This document shows positions 1-9,513 of a stretch of DNA of 64,000 bases, one piece after another. The notes beneath the pieces are model-generated. The model saw only the letters and a list, made by a program, of their open reading frames with translations, was not told the DNA's origin and did not search any database. Source of the stretch: Candidatus Micrarchaeota archaeon (GTDB lineage: Archaea > Micrarchaeota > Micrarchaeia > Anstonellales > J096); NCBI GenBank assembly GCA_015522475.1, contig WAMF01000003.1, positions 33,043 to 97,042 of the forward strand, written 5' to 3'. The position numbers were made by a program, and so were the translations under genes. Position 1 is the stretch's first letter. Every line of letters begins with the position of its first letter.

Positions 1-744
1 GGAAAGATAGTTCATGATGCCAAAACGTTTGTAAATTGGGTTAAAAATGAATATTCTACTAATAGATTAAGTGATTTAGCAAATGAAAACTATCCACTTT
101 ATTTCAATCTCCTTTATTTTCTCTATAAAAACCGGTCAATAATTAATATAGGGGATTATGAAGGAGAAAAATTACTCCGTGTGAATTCCATGTTGACTAT
201 GTTGGACGTGATGGAAACAATGGATAAATATGCCAAAAAAGAAAATTACGATGCTCTTTTAGGAGATATCTCAAAGCACATTGTGGACGTGCTTCTTAAA
301 ATATATTCTGGCCTAACTCCTCATAAAGAAACGTGGGCTAGAGGTATGTGGCCTTTCTTCTTTGTTATTAATCCTACAAGTGATTCTACAGCCAGGCTCT
401 ACTTTTCCATATATGTACCTGAAGAGTACAATAGTCAAATATATGACTCATTAGGTCGAGGACCTATACTCAAGCTTAAGGGAATTTATGGGGGAAATAT
501 ATTAGCTAGTGAATTAAGAAAAGACCTTAGTTCTAAATGGCATGACTATGCTCCTCTCAAAATTGAAGCAGCTAAGAGTGGTAGATCATCTAAGGGTATA
601 CGAACTGAGTACATTATCAATAGAGATGTAATCTACCTGCAATTTAAAGTAGATGTGGGCAGGATTAAGAAAGTACGGCACTCTAAACCTCTTGGTAATA
701 TAGATTACTTTACTTTTGAGATAATATATTATCTGTTACTTTAA
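1..744 (+). CDS. hypothetical protein, 5' end truncated by the window edge
   Basis: Frame 1 is open from base 1 and continuous with the 181..744 ORF. The region looks clearly more AT-rich than the rest of the window. No motif recognised. Confidence 0.5.
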   Translation, partial: GKIVHDAKTFVNWVKNEYSTNRLSDLANENYPLYFNLLYFLYKNRSIINIGDYEGEKLLRVNSMLTMLDVMETMDKYAKKENYDALLGDISKHIVDVLLKIYSGLTPHKETWARGMWPFFFVINPTSDSTARLYFSIYVPEEYNSQIYDSLGRGPILKLKGIYGGNILASELRKDLSSKWHDYAPLKIEAAKSGRSSKGIRTEYIINRDVIYLQFKVDVGRIKKVRHSKPLGNIDYFTFEIIYYLLL

Positions 745-782
745 TACCATCTGCTTTAAATGATTATTTGCCATAGTATCTT

Positions 783-1559
783 ATGGCATTTAAACTCTCT
801 CCTTCAGCTATAAATCTGTATTTAGATTGCCCTCATTGCTTTTGGCTCAGATATAAAAAGGGCATAAAGAGACCAACGGATGGCATGTTTCCGTCACTGC
901 CTGGCAGCTTAGACATGCTCATAAAACTCCGCTTCGATTATTGCAGAGAAAGGGGTAAGCTGCCCGAGGAATTATCTGAGCTAAGAAAAAACAAAGAAGG
1001 CAAGAGAAGTAACGAGAGTGAAGAGAAACATTCTGAAGAGGCACATTCAGAGACCATAGCCAGAACAGATATGAGCACCTCAGAATTTAAGCTCTTTCCA
1101 CATAAAGAAACACTCGAAGCATGGCGTGATTACAAAAGAGGTATCTCATGGACAGATGAAGAAGGCAATGTGCTTTACGGAGCTATCGACGACCTTCTTG
1201 TAAAGGATAGCCAGTTATTTATTCTCGATTACAAAACAAAAGGCGACGACAACATAAGGATATATGAGAGCTACAAGACTCAGCTCAGCCTCTACGCGCT
1301 CATATTAAGCAAGAACGGCTTAAATGTAGCAAATACGGGTTTTCTTCTCTTCTATTACCCTACAACCCTTGATAAAGAGGGCAACGTGAAGTTTAAGGCT
1401 TCTCTCCAAGAAGTAGATCTCGATATAAAAAAGGCTGAACGTCTATATAGAGAGGCTTTAGACGTATTGAAAAGAGACACGCCTCCTAAACCTTCGCCTT
1501 ACTGCAGATTCTGCTCTTGGAGAAAGCAGACTATTGAGTTTGTGTTAGATGAGAAGTAG
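783..1559 (+). CDS. PD-(D/E)XK (RecB/Cas4-like) nuclease family protein
   Basis: N-terminal LDCPHCFWL, then GAIDD, LDYKTKG (D/ExK) and QLSLYAL (QxxxY), with a C-terminal CRFC. This is a RecB-type nuclease core with Cys pairs at both ends. Confidence 0.6.
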   Translation: MAFKLSPSAINLYLDCPHCFWLRYKKGIKRPTDGMFPSLPGSLDMLIKLRFDYCRERGKLPEELSELRKNKEGKRSNESEEKHSEEAHSETIARTDMSTSEFKLFPHKETLEAWRDYKRGISWTDEEGNVLYGAIDDLLVKDSQLFILDYKTKGDDNIRIYESYKTQLSLYALILSKNGLNVANTGFLLFYYPTTLDKEGNVKFKASLQEVDLDIKKAERLYREALDVLKRDTPPKPSPYCRFCSWRKQTIEFVLDEK

Positions 1560-1624
1560 GTAAAAATGAAAGCACATGGAGAATTGCAAAACAGTGTCAA
1601 GGAGCGACTTAAAACTTTGAAAGC

Positions 1625-3511
1625 CTAGGTGGGCGAGCGTCCTCTCTTACTTCCACCTTTACCTCTACTGTTGCCACCCTTGCTATTACCTTTATCTCCA
1701 CCATCATCGTTTTCGTTGTCTTCGCCAAAGTCGTCGTAGTCATCGTAGCCAGCATAGGGATTGTACTCATTTGCGCCCCATATGTCATCAATCAATTCGT
1801 AAAGAGACGTTCTCATGTTTTCGTTAGCATATTCTCTGCATGAAGCCGAAGAGAGCTCCTCCAACAAGGTAATTAAATAGTAGATGGGATCTATGAACTC
1901 CTCTGTGAGTGCCTCATCCGGCAGCCTGTAGAGTTTCTCACCGATTTTGAACAGGAGAAACTCTCTTCTGCAGTTTCCTCGAGCACAGCCCCAAGAGCTG
2001 CCTAAGACAAGGTTCATAGCATTAGAGAAGTCCTCTTCCCAATAAAGCTTCACAAAAAGCTTGGCAAAGCTCTCGAAGAAATGGTCCTTCTCAGTGATGC
2101 CTGCCACAGCATGAGTCAATTTCAAAACAGACATGTAATCATGCCTAAAAAGGCTTATAATCTCTGGTTTATCCCTAGCTGTGAATGCTTTACCCGCTGC
2201 TTCGAAATAGGCTAAAGGAACAGCGACACTGAAAAAGATGTACGGCTTAGCAACTTCGAGATAATCCATCTCATATTTGTCTTGAGAGAAAAACAGTTTT
2301 GTGAATAGCTGCACGAAGCCCAAGCCAGCTAAAGCAATATCCTGTGAATACAAATCTCGACTTTTATCTAGTTCGTTTGTGAATTCCAAGAGGCGTTCAA
2401 AATAGTAGTTAGTTGCTTCTCTGGGCTGCTCCTTCCAGAAGCTTAAGCCGAACTCTTCTATAAACTCGAGAGCCCTTAGCTGCCCATAAACATGCGCAGA
2501 TATATGATCCACAAAGTCGAAGTGCATAAAAGCCTCGTGTATATCTAAAAGGTTTGGGATATCAAAGCGGTTCAGAAGATTATCGCCCTTTTTCAAAGTC
2601 TCCAAATCTCCATTCAAAGACAAGTAATCTGCCCAACGCTCAAGCCACACCGTTTCGCTGTATATAAGCTTGTACAACTTGAACTCCTCTGTATCGCTCA
2701 CGTCTAAAGAAAGTTTCTTAATCTCGTCATTATATATATCTGTGTCTTCATCTCCCGCGTCTTCTTCAGATTCATCCTCTTCAAACTCATCCTCCTCTTC
2801 AACTCTGTTGCCGTTGTCAACCTTGTTGTGTACATCCTCATTTCCTCCTTCTTTTGAACTGAAGGTTTTTCCTTCCTGCCGTTCAGCTATATATTTAAGG
2901 TAGTTACTGAGGTGAGTAGCAAATTCTTCGAGCTTGTTGGGAAGACTCTTACTTAACAGATTAAATGGAAATGTGTCACGTAAACTTGATGTTAAATCGC
3001 TGAACTTATTGATAAGTTCTTCAAGAGGTGTTAAAGGCTTACCCCTTTCATCCGTGTAATCCACGTTGCCTTCACTGGTTTCAATGCCGTCATTGCCCTC
3101 AATGTAATCATCATCTAGTGCACCACCAGATTCTTCCTCAGACGCTGATATTATATTCAGTTCTTCTGCCTTTTCTGTCACTCCATCAGCGATTTTATGG
3201 ACTTTACCTTCTGAAAACTTTGCTGAATCCTTGGGTTTGACGGTCTTTAGCTCCTCCAATGACTCAAGGTAAACAACAGCTCTAAGCATTTCCTTAACGG
3301 TCTTTGGTCTTATGCCTTTAGACAAAGCTTGCTCCAATGCATTCTCAATATGTGGCTTTTGCGAAGTCGCTTCGCTAGCTACAACGCGCGAAATGCACTT
3401 AAGGTCTGAGAAGTCACAAGGCTTTACTCCACGTCGAGTTTTCTTTCCTTTAAGAACTTTTTCTGTACGTCCTATCCATTTTCCGCGTTTGCTAGTCTGC
3501 TCATGCTCCAT
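1625..3511 (-). CDS. hypothetical large acidic protein with Gly/Lys/Arg-rich C-terminal tail
   Basis: 628-aa ORF with long Asp/Glu-rich stretches and a GDKGNSKGGNSRGKGGSKRGR tail. No family recognised. Confidence 0.6.
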   Translation of the reverse strand: MEHEQTSKRGKWIGRTEKVLKGKKTRRGVKPCDFSDLKCISRVVASEATSQKPHIENALEQALSKGIRPKTVKEMLRAVVYLESLEELKTVKPKDSAKFSEGKVHKIADGVTEKAEELNIISASEEESGGALDDDYIEGNDGIETSEGNVDYTDERGKPLTPLEELINKFSDLTSSLRDTFPFNLLSKSLPNKLEEFATHLSNYLKYIAERQEGKTFSSKEGGNEDVHNKVDNGNRVEEEDEFEEDESEEDAGDEDTDIYNDEIKKLSLDVSDTEEFKLYKLIYSETVWLERWADYLSLNGDLETLKKGDNLLNRFDIPNLLDIHEAFMHFDFVDHISAHVYGQLRALEFIEEFGLSFWKEQPREATNYYFERLLEFTNELDKSRDLYSQDIALAGLGFVQLFTKLFFSQDKYEMDYLEVAKPYIFFSVAVPLAYFEAAGKAFTARDKPEIISLFRHDYMSVLKLTHAVAGITEKDHFFESFAKLFVKLYWEEDFSNAMNLVLGSSWGCARGNCRREFLLFKIGEKLYRLPDEALTEEFIDPIYYLITLLEELSSASCREYANENMRTSLYELIDDIWGANEYNPYAGYDDYDDFGEDNENDDGGDKGNSKGGNSRGKGGSKRGRSPT

Positions 3512-3730
3512 ACCTAACTTTGATAGAAAAAGTTTAAAAAAGTGTTATTTAGAGCCCTCCTTATTCCAACACCCACATGAATTTATAGAGCGGACGTATA
3601 GAGGACGTAGACATAGAGTATATTAGTATAAGTATAATGGCATAGATAGAACCATAGAACATTGCAGAGAGACGTATAGGGAAGACGTCTAATACGAATC
3701 TCTTTAAACGTTTTCCCATATAAGCCACAC

Positions 3731-6391
3731 ATGGCAGCAAACATCTTTGAAGCAGAGCCTATAGAAGGCAAGAAGAAGCGATTTCTGACGGCTGCATTTC
3801 CCTATCCCAACAGCCCACAACACATAGGGCATGCAAGGACCTACAGCGTCGCGGATACTTATGCCAGGTACTTGCGTCATCTCGGCTACAACGTCTTGTT
3901 CCCCATGGCCTTCCACGTGACGGGTACACCTATCATAGCAATGGCCCAGCGTATAGCAGAGGGTGACAAGGGCGTTATCGACGTGCTTGTGAATATATAC
4001 GGCATTCCCAAGGAGAAGCTGCCCGAGTTGACAGACCCTAAAAAGCTCGTCCTTTACTTCAGTCAAGAGATAGAGCAGGGTATGAAGGAGATGGGGTTCA
4101 GCATAGACTGGCGAAGAAAGTTTTACACCTTCGACCCCCATTTCAACAAGTTCATAGAATGGCAGTTCCACAAGTTGAAGAAAGCTGGCCTGTTGGTTAA
4201 AGGGAGTCATCCGGTAGCGTGGAGCCTCAAACTCAACTCAGCCGTTGGCAGTCACGACACAAAAGGAGATGTCGACCCAGAAATAGAGGAGGTCGTTGCC
4301 ATAAAGTTTCCCTTTGAAGATGCTTACCTGTTAGCGACGACGTACAGGCCGGAGACACTCTTTGGTTTAACGAACATGTGGATAAACCCAGAAGGTGAGT
4401 ATGTAAAAGTGCGCGATAAGAACAGTGGCGAGCCTTACTACATAAGCAGAGGTACTCTCGATAACTTCTCGGCTCAGCTGGACGTAGAGGTCGTGCAGGA
4501 GGGTATAAAGGGTGATTACTTCATAGGAAAGCAGTGTAAAAATCCCGCTAACGGAGAGGAAGTACCAATTTTCCCCGCTACGTTCGTCGATGTGGAGAGC
4601 GGAACGGGTATTGTCATGTCCGTTCCAGCTCACGCGCCCTTTGATTATGTAGCCCTTCGGGACCTCGGCAAGGAGGACATGATAAAGAAAATCATAGACG
4701 TGCCCGGCTACGATATACCCGCAAAGGACATCGTCGAGGAGATGCACATAATCAATCAGCAGGACCCCAAGCTTGAGCAGGCAACGAAGCGCGTCTACAA
4801 AGACGAGAACATGAAGGGCAAGATGCTTGTATGGAAGGAGGGTATGCCCGTAAAGGAGGCTAAGGAAGCCGTCAAAGAATGGCTCATCAACGACGGCAAA
4901 GCCCTCCGCTACTACATCATAGCCAACGGCCCGGTTTACAGCAGAGCCGGTGACAAAGTGGTGGTGAAGCTCGTTAAAGATCAGTGGTTCATAAACTACG
5001 GCGACAAACAGTGGAAAGAGAAAGCCTACAAGTGCCTCGACAGGATGAAGACCATTCCACCGGAAACAAAGCAGGAGCTCCGCAACACCATAGACTGGTT
5101 GGATAGGAAGGCGTGCACGCGAAGCAGAGGCCTTGGCACGAAGTTCCCCTTCGACGAGGGACAGATGATAGAGAGTCTAAGCGATTCCACTATCTACCCC
5201 GCTTTTTACACCATCAGCCACCTCATAAAGGAGTTTAGCCCAGAGGAGCTAACGGTTGAGTTCTTCGACTACATCTTCCTTGGAAAGGGTGAGCCCATTA
5301 ATGAGAAACATGAGGCTATGAGGAAGAGCTTTACCTATTGGTATCCTGTCGACAGCAGGCACAGCGGCCCCGACTTGATAAGGAATCACCTCTCCTTTTA
5401 CATAATGAACCACGTCGCCATCTTCCCAGAAGAGCTTTGGCCCAAGCAGATCGTCATAAACGGCTTTGTCTTAATGAATGGCAAGAAGATGAGTAAGAGC
5501 TTGGGCAACATTCTGCCGTTGAGGAAGGCCATAAAAGAACACGGAGCAGATATAATACGATTCAGCGTCGTTAGCGGCAGCGATTTGTTACAGGATACGA
5601 ACTTCAACAGGCCGCTTGTTGAGGGTATAAAGCAACGTCTAGCCTTCTTCGACGACATGTTAAAGAAGAACTCTGGCAACGGCAACAGCTTTGCCGATAA
5701 ATGGATAAGGGAGAGTGTGAAGGCCAAGCTCTCTACGCTTTTAGATGAGATAGAGCGCCTCGACCTGAGGGAGATAAGCAAAAAGTGGTTCTACGATTTC
5801 TACCACGAGTTGAAGTGGTACAGCGACGTTAAGAACGGAAAGGTGGAGCTCGATGACGTCTTCGACAAGTGGCTCATCGTTTTAGAACCCCTCCTGCCCT
5901 TCTTCGTTGCCGAGAGGAAAGGAGAGAAGGCTGTGTTTGAACCCCTGCCAAAGGCAGAGCCTTACGACGAGCGTGTCATAGCGGCCATGAACGTTGCCAG
6001 GGAGCTCTACTCCGATATAGCTAACCTTATCCACATGATGGAAGAAAAGGGCAAAGGGAAACCAACGAAGCTCACAGTAGTAATACCAGCTGTCTGGAAG
6101 TATGAGCTCTTCGAGAAGCTTAAAGCGGAGAAGGGCAACTTAAAGGCTGTTTACGCCGACGAAAGCTTGGCTCAGCACAAAGAGAAAATCGCGAGGATAA
6201 CAAAGGCATTGAAGAGCAAGCTGTACAGCATTCCTGCTCTGCCTACAAGAGAGCTCTTCAAACAGGCATTAGAAGAAGCCGCTCATCTCTTCACTACATT
6301 CGGCGAGCTTCACATAGTCAGCGAAGGAGAATGCCAGCACGAAAAGGCTAAGGCCTCTCTGCCATTGAAGCCTGCAGTTATTCTCGAGTAG
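3731..6391 (+). CDS. leuS: leucine--tRNA ligase (archaeal type)
   Basis: FPYPNSPQHIGHARTY (HIGH motif), KMSKSLGN (KMSKS motif) and class Ia editing-domain architecture. TATA-like TTTAAAC lies about 25 nt upstream of the ATG. Confidence 0.9.
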   Translation: MAANIFEAEPIEGKKKRFLTAAFPYPNSPQHIGHARTYSVADTYARYLRHLGYNVLFPMAFHVTGTPIIAMAQRIAEGDKGVIDVLVNIYGIPKEKLPELTDPKKLVLYFSQEIEQGMKEMGFSIDWRRKFYTFDPHFNKFIEWQFHKLKKAGLLVKGSHPVAWSLKLNSAVGSHDTKGDVDPEIEEVVAIKFPFEDAYLLATTYRPETLFGLTNMWINPEGEYVKVRDKNSGEPYYISRGTLDNFSAQLDVEVVQEGIKGDYFIGKQCKNPANGEEVPIFPATFVDVESGTGIVMSVPAHAPFDYVALRDLGKEDMIKKIIDVPGYDIPAKDIVEEMHIINQQDPKLEQATKRVYKDENMKGKMLVWKEGMPVKEAKEAVKEWLINDGKALRYYIIANGPVYSRAGDKVVVKLVKDQWFINYGDKQWKEKAYKCLDRMKTIPPETKQELRNTIDWLDRKACTRSRGLGTKFPFDEGQMIESLSDSTIYPAFYTISHLIKEFSPEELTVEFFDYIFLGKGEPINEKHEAMRKSFTYWYPVDSRHSGPDLIRNHLSFYIMNHVAIFPEELWPKQIVINGFVLMNGKKMSKSLGNILPLRKAIKEHGADIIRFSVVSGSDLLQDTNFNRPLVEGIKQRLAFFDDMLKKNSGNGNSFADKWIRESVKAKLSTLLDEIERLDLREISKKWFYDFYHELKWYSDVKNGKVELDDVFDKWLIVLEPLLPFFVAERKGEKAVFEPLPKAEPYDERVIAAMNVARELYSDIANLIHMMEEKGKGKPTKLTVVIPAVWKYELFEKLKAEKGNLKAVYADESLAQHKEKIARITKALKSKLYSIPALPTRELFKQALEEAAHLFTTFGELHIVSEGECQHEKAKASLPLKPAVILE

Positions 6392-6446
6392 GCTAGGTAA
6401 AAGTAAGATAATTAGTAAAGAGTAGCTGGAGCTCGTAAAGTAGAAT

Positions 6447-6459
6447 CTTTTCTTTTTTC
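6447..6459 (+). terminator. oligo-T tract downstream of leuS
   Basis: CTTTTCTTTTTTC about 55 nt after the leuS stop. Archaeal terminators are typically oligo-T. Confidence 0.3.
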
Positions 6460-6572
6460 ATTAATTCTTTACAAAAAACATGGGGCAGTCAAAAGTAAAA
6501 CATATATGTAATTGCACAACCAAAGCCCTAAAGAGATAATGTTTTAAAAAGTGTGATATCATATAAGTCCTT

Positions 6573-7127
6573 ATGAAAATATTCAAAAAGCCACGTTTTT
6601 TCCACAGGCTTTCAAAGAAGAAAGAAAAACCTTTCCTAAACTTACCAGCAGGTATGGAGAAGCTGCCCGAGTTTAGACGTTTTTTCCTTTTAGTAGATCC
6701 ATCTAACGTAAGTTACGATAACAGGGACGTCATTCGCGTTGACATAAAAGGCAGCAAAGCCTTCTTATACAACCTTATAATCAACCCGGGGCTCACGATA
6801 ACACTCTTTAGAGAACTCACATATTTACTCCCACCCTCACATATATTCTTTGCTGTGGATGAAAAGGAAAACAAATATGTCTATGCGCCCTCTTCTGCTT
6901 TTCTCAGAGGAGTAAATAAGCAACTATCTCATTGGCATAGAATCTCTTTGCTGTCGCCCTACGCTTCATTAAAGGGATCTGTGAAGGCAGCGCTCTCCTT
7001 TTTAGATAAGGAGCACGTAATTGAAGACCAACAAGCATATCTAGAAAATATAACATTTGCTCTAACCCATCTCCTAAAAGAGCTTTCAGAAGTGGAAAAG
7101 GAAAAGGACAAAATCATTAGTGATTAG
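6573..7127 (+). CDS. hypothetical protein
   Basis: 184-aa ORF with GTTTTAAAAAG TATA-like element about 30 nt upstream. No motif recognised. Confidence 0.5.
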   Translation: MKIFKKPRFFHRLSKKKEKPFLNLPAGMEKLPEFRRFFLLVDPSNVSYDNRDVIRVDIKGSKAFLYNLIINPGLTITLFRELTYLLPPSHIFFAVDEKENKYVYAPSSAFLRGVNKQLSHWHRISLLSPYASLKGSVKAALSFLDKEHVIEDQQAYLENITFALTHLLKELSEVEKEKDKIISD

Positions 7128-7202
7128 GCGCTTAGCACACCTAATTCCAATGCCCCGATTGAAGGATATAAGGTGCTGAGAACACTTTGCTACTTCCCCT
7201 TT

Positions 7203-8702
7203 CTACTCTACACGCTTAAACAAGAACAGCTCCTTGGGAATTGTTTTGACTTTACTCAATGTGGCGCCCAGCTCAAGCTCAGACACGCAGGGCTCATAGC
7301 CGAAGGATGAGAAGATTTTCGACGTAGAAGCAGGAAGAAGTGGCTTAAGCAGGGTGCTCACGTAGAGGAAGGCTTCAAGCGCCTGTCTTAAGATGGGCTC
7401 AGCCTCGCTTGGCTCGAGACGCCAGGGTTCTTTCTCGTTGAGATATGCGTTTATCGCCCCTACGCCATCCATAAAAACGTCGTTGGCATAAAAAGGCAAG
7501 AGACTTTCCACGTCGTTTGAAGCAGCTAGTTCCTCTATCTTTGCCTTAAGACTTTCAAGCTTAGCAAAGCACTCGTCCACGGCAAGTTTCCCTTCTTGTT
7601 CAATCTCAGCCTTGCCAGCTACACGATGCCATAATTTAACCAACCTATTTGCCAAGTTTCCATAATGCCCTAAGAGCTCGCTGTTGTGCGCCTCCTTGAA
7701 TACTGCCCTTGAAAAATCGCCATCATCGCCAAAAGGTAACTTCGTGAGCAGATAGTAGCGGAGCGTGTCTGCACTGTACTTCTCAGCCATTTCAAGCGGA
7801 TCTACGACATTGCCCAGACTTTTGCTCATCTTCTTGCCGTCGACAGTTAGGAAGCCATGGGCAATCTCCCTCTTAGGCAGAGCAAAACCCGCAGAGATAA
7901 GCATGGCCGGCCAGAGCACTGCATGAAACCATAATATATCTTTACCCATAAATTGAAGGTCTGGAGGCCAGAACTGCATCTTGTCGTCGAGCCCGCTCAT
8001 ATAATTAAGAAGAGCATCGAACCACACGTATGCAACATGTTCCTCATCGAAGGGCAAGCGTATGCCCCAACTCACTTGATTAACTGGACGAGATATGCAT
8101 ATATCTTTCAAATCTTTCATCTTGTTAAGGATCTCTTCCTTATATTTGGGAGGGAGAAATTGCGGGTTTTCTCTATAGTAAGCAAGTAGCTCGTCTCTAT
8201 ATTTAGCCATCCTAAAAAAGTATGCATCTATGCGCTTCTTCTCGACGGGCTTGTGGTGATAAGGGCAAAGCAACCCGGGTAAGAGCTCTTTCTCTGTATA
8301 GTAGCGCTCGCAAGATACACAATAATAACCCTCATAAACATCTTTGTAGATATCGCCCTTTTCATAGACTTTCATAAGAATTTCTCTGACGAGCTTTTCA
8401 TGGCTTTTTTCAGTTGTGCGTATAAAGCGGTTGTAACTTATGCCCAGCCTTTTCCAAGCATCTTTGAAGCTAGAGGCCATCTCATCGACGAGTTGTTGAG
8501 GTGTCTCGCCTTTAGCTTCAGCAGCTTTCTGTATCTTCTCGCCATGCTCATCCACGCCCGTCAGGAAGTATGTGCCATAAGCGAGCTCTCTATACAAGCG
8601 GGCAAAAAAGTCTGCAACAATTGTCGTGTAAGCGCTGCCTATATGGGGGCGCGAGTTAGGATAATAGATAGGAGTTGTTATGAAACGTTTGGGCTTCGCC
8701 AT
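7203..8702 (-). CDS. metG: methionine--tRNA ligase (short form, no C-terminal tRNA-binding domain)
   Basis: PIYYPNSRPHIGSAYT (HIGH-like), KMSKSLGNVVDP and a Cys-knuckle CVSCERYY...CPYHH. Confidence 0.9.
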   Translation of the reverse strand: MAKPKRFITTPIYYPNSRPHIGSAYTTIVADFFARLYRELAYGTYFLTGVDEHGEKIQKAAEAKGETPQQLVDEMASSFKDAWKRLGISYNRFIRTTEKSHEKLVREILMKVYEKGDIYKDVYEGYYCVSCERYYTEKELLPGLLCPYHHKPVEKKRIDAYFFRMAKYRDELLAYYRENPQFLPPKYKEEILNKMKDLKDICISRPVNQVSWGIRLPFDEEHVAYVWFDALLNYMSGLDDKMQFWPPDLQFMGKDILWFHAVLWPAMLISAGFALPKREIAHGFLTVDGKKMSKSLGNVVDPLEMAEKYSADTLRYYLLTKLPFGDDGDFSRAVFKEAHNSELLGHYGNLANRLVKLWHRVAGKAEIEQEGKLAVDECFAKLESLKAKIEELAASNDVESLLPFYANDVFMDGVGAINAYLNEKEPWRLEPSEAEPILRQALEAFLYVSTLLKPLLPASTSKIFSSFGYEPCVSELELGATLSKVKTIPKELFLFKRVE

Positions 8703-8703
8703 G

Positions 8704-9450
8704 CTACTCTTCCTCTTCAGAAGCAGAGGCTAGGAAGTATTTGAGCTTAGCCCCTTCAAGTGTAAACTCTATTTTTAGAGGAGCCTCTGGCGAATTGATG
8801 TGCAGCGTGAGTATATCGCCTTTGCTTAATGGTTTTAGGAGATCGTCGAGGAACTTTATAGAATACATAGCATGTGTGGGCTTTTCCACTTCGAGGCTTA
8901 TAACGTCTTCGCCCTTTTCAAACTCCTCTTTAACATGGCCAAAGCTGCTCTTGGCTTTAGCTGAGAAGGCATCGGGCGTCAGACCGAATGTAATGTAGTT
9001 GGAGACAATGGACGCATCCTTCAATATGTCTTTTAAAGCAGAAGCATCTATCTTCACAGAATTAACATATTCTAGAGGAATTTCTTTGTCAACGCTGTCG
9101 ACAAGGTCCAAGAGAGGAGCTGAGAATGTACGCTTACTCTTAGGCCCTTTAAACACAATGCCCAGCTTATCTTCTTCGAGGCTCAAATAGAGCTTCTCGT
9201 TCTGCCTCGCGCGCTTCAATATGCTTTTCAAATAGTTTATGTCTAAAGCTAAGCGCTTCTCACCTTCAACTTCGTATTCGGAGAAATGCTCTTTAGGCAT
9301 AAAGAAGGATATCATATAACTCTTGCCGGGATCCAAAGCGATAAGGCGCATTCCGTCCTTGTTTACTTTGAACGTACCTTCATCAATGATGTTCCAAACA
9401 ACCTCCAATGCCTTGGCAAACGATTTTGCCGACGGATAAACTAACTTCAT
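8704..9450 (-). CDS. pcn: DNA polymerase sliding clamp (PCNA)
   Basis: Typical archaeal PCNA N-terminus and about 249-aa length. I chose the internal Met (MKLVYP...) because GGAGGAAGAGGTG sits just upstream. The stop is 1 nt from the metG start. Confidence 0.85.
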   Translation of the reverse strand: MKLVYPSAKSFAKALEVVWNIIDEGTFKVNKDGMRLIALDPGKSYMISFFMPKEHFSEYEVEGEKRLALDINYLKSILKRARQNEKLYLSLEEDKLGIVFKGPKSKRTFSAPLLDLVDSVDKEIPLEYVNSVKIDASALKDILKDASIVSNYITFGLTPDAFSAKAKSSFGHVKEEFEKGEDVISLEVEKPTHAMYSIKFLDDLLKPLSKGDILTLHINSPEAPLKIEFTLEGAKLKYFLASASEEEE

Positions 9451-9513
9451 TTTAACACCTCTTCCTCCTTTAAATAAAAACATATAAAAACGCTAACCCT
9501 AGTTGGCCCCACT

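Noticed and set aside
3704-4210. Antisense ORFs inside well-supported genes (for example 3704..4210 and 4367..4747 in leuS, 36111..36701 and 36602..37180 in top6B, 44626..44991 in polB, 53472..54572 in pyrG)
   Set aside because: Each is fully contained in the opposite strand of a gene with strong motif support. Their compositions are low-complexity or Cys/Leu/Ser-rich, typical of shadow ORFs.
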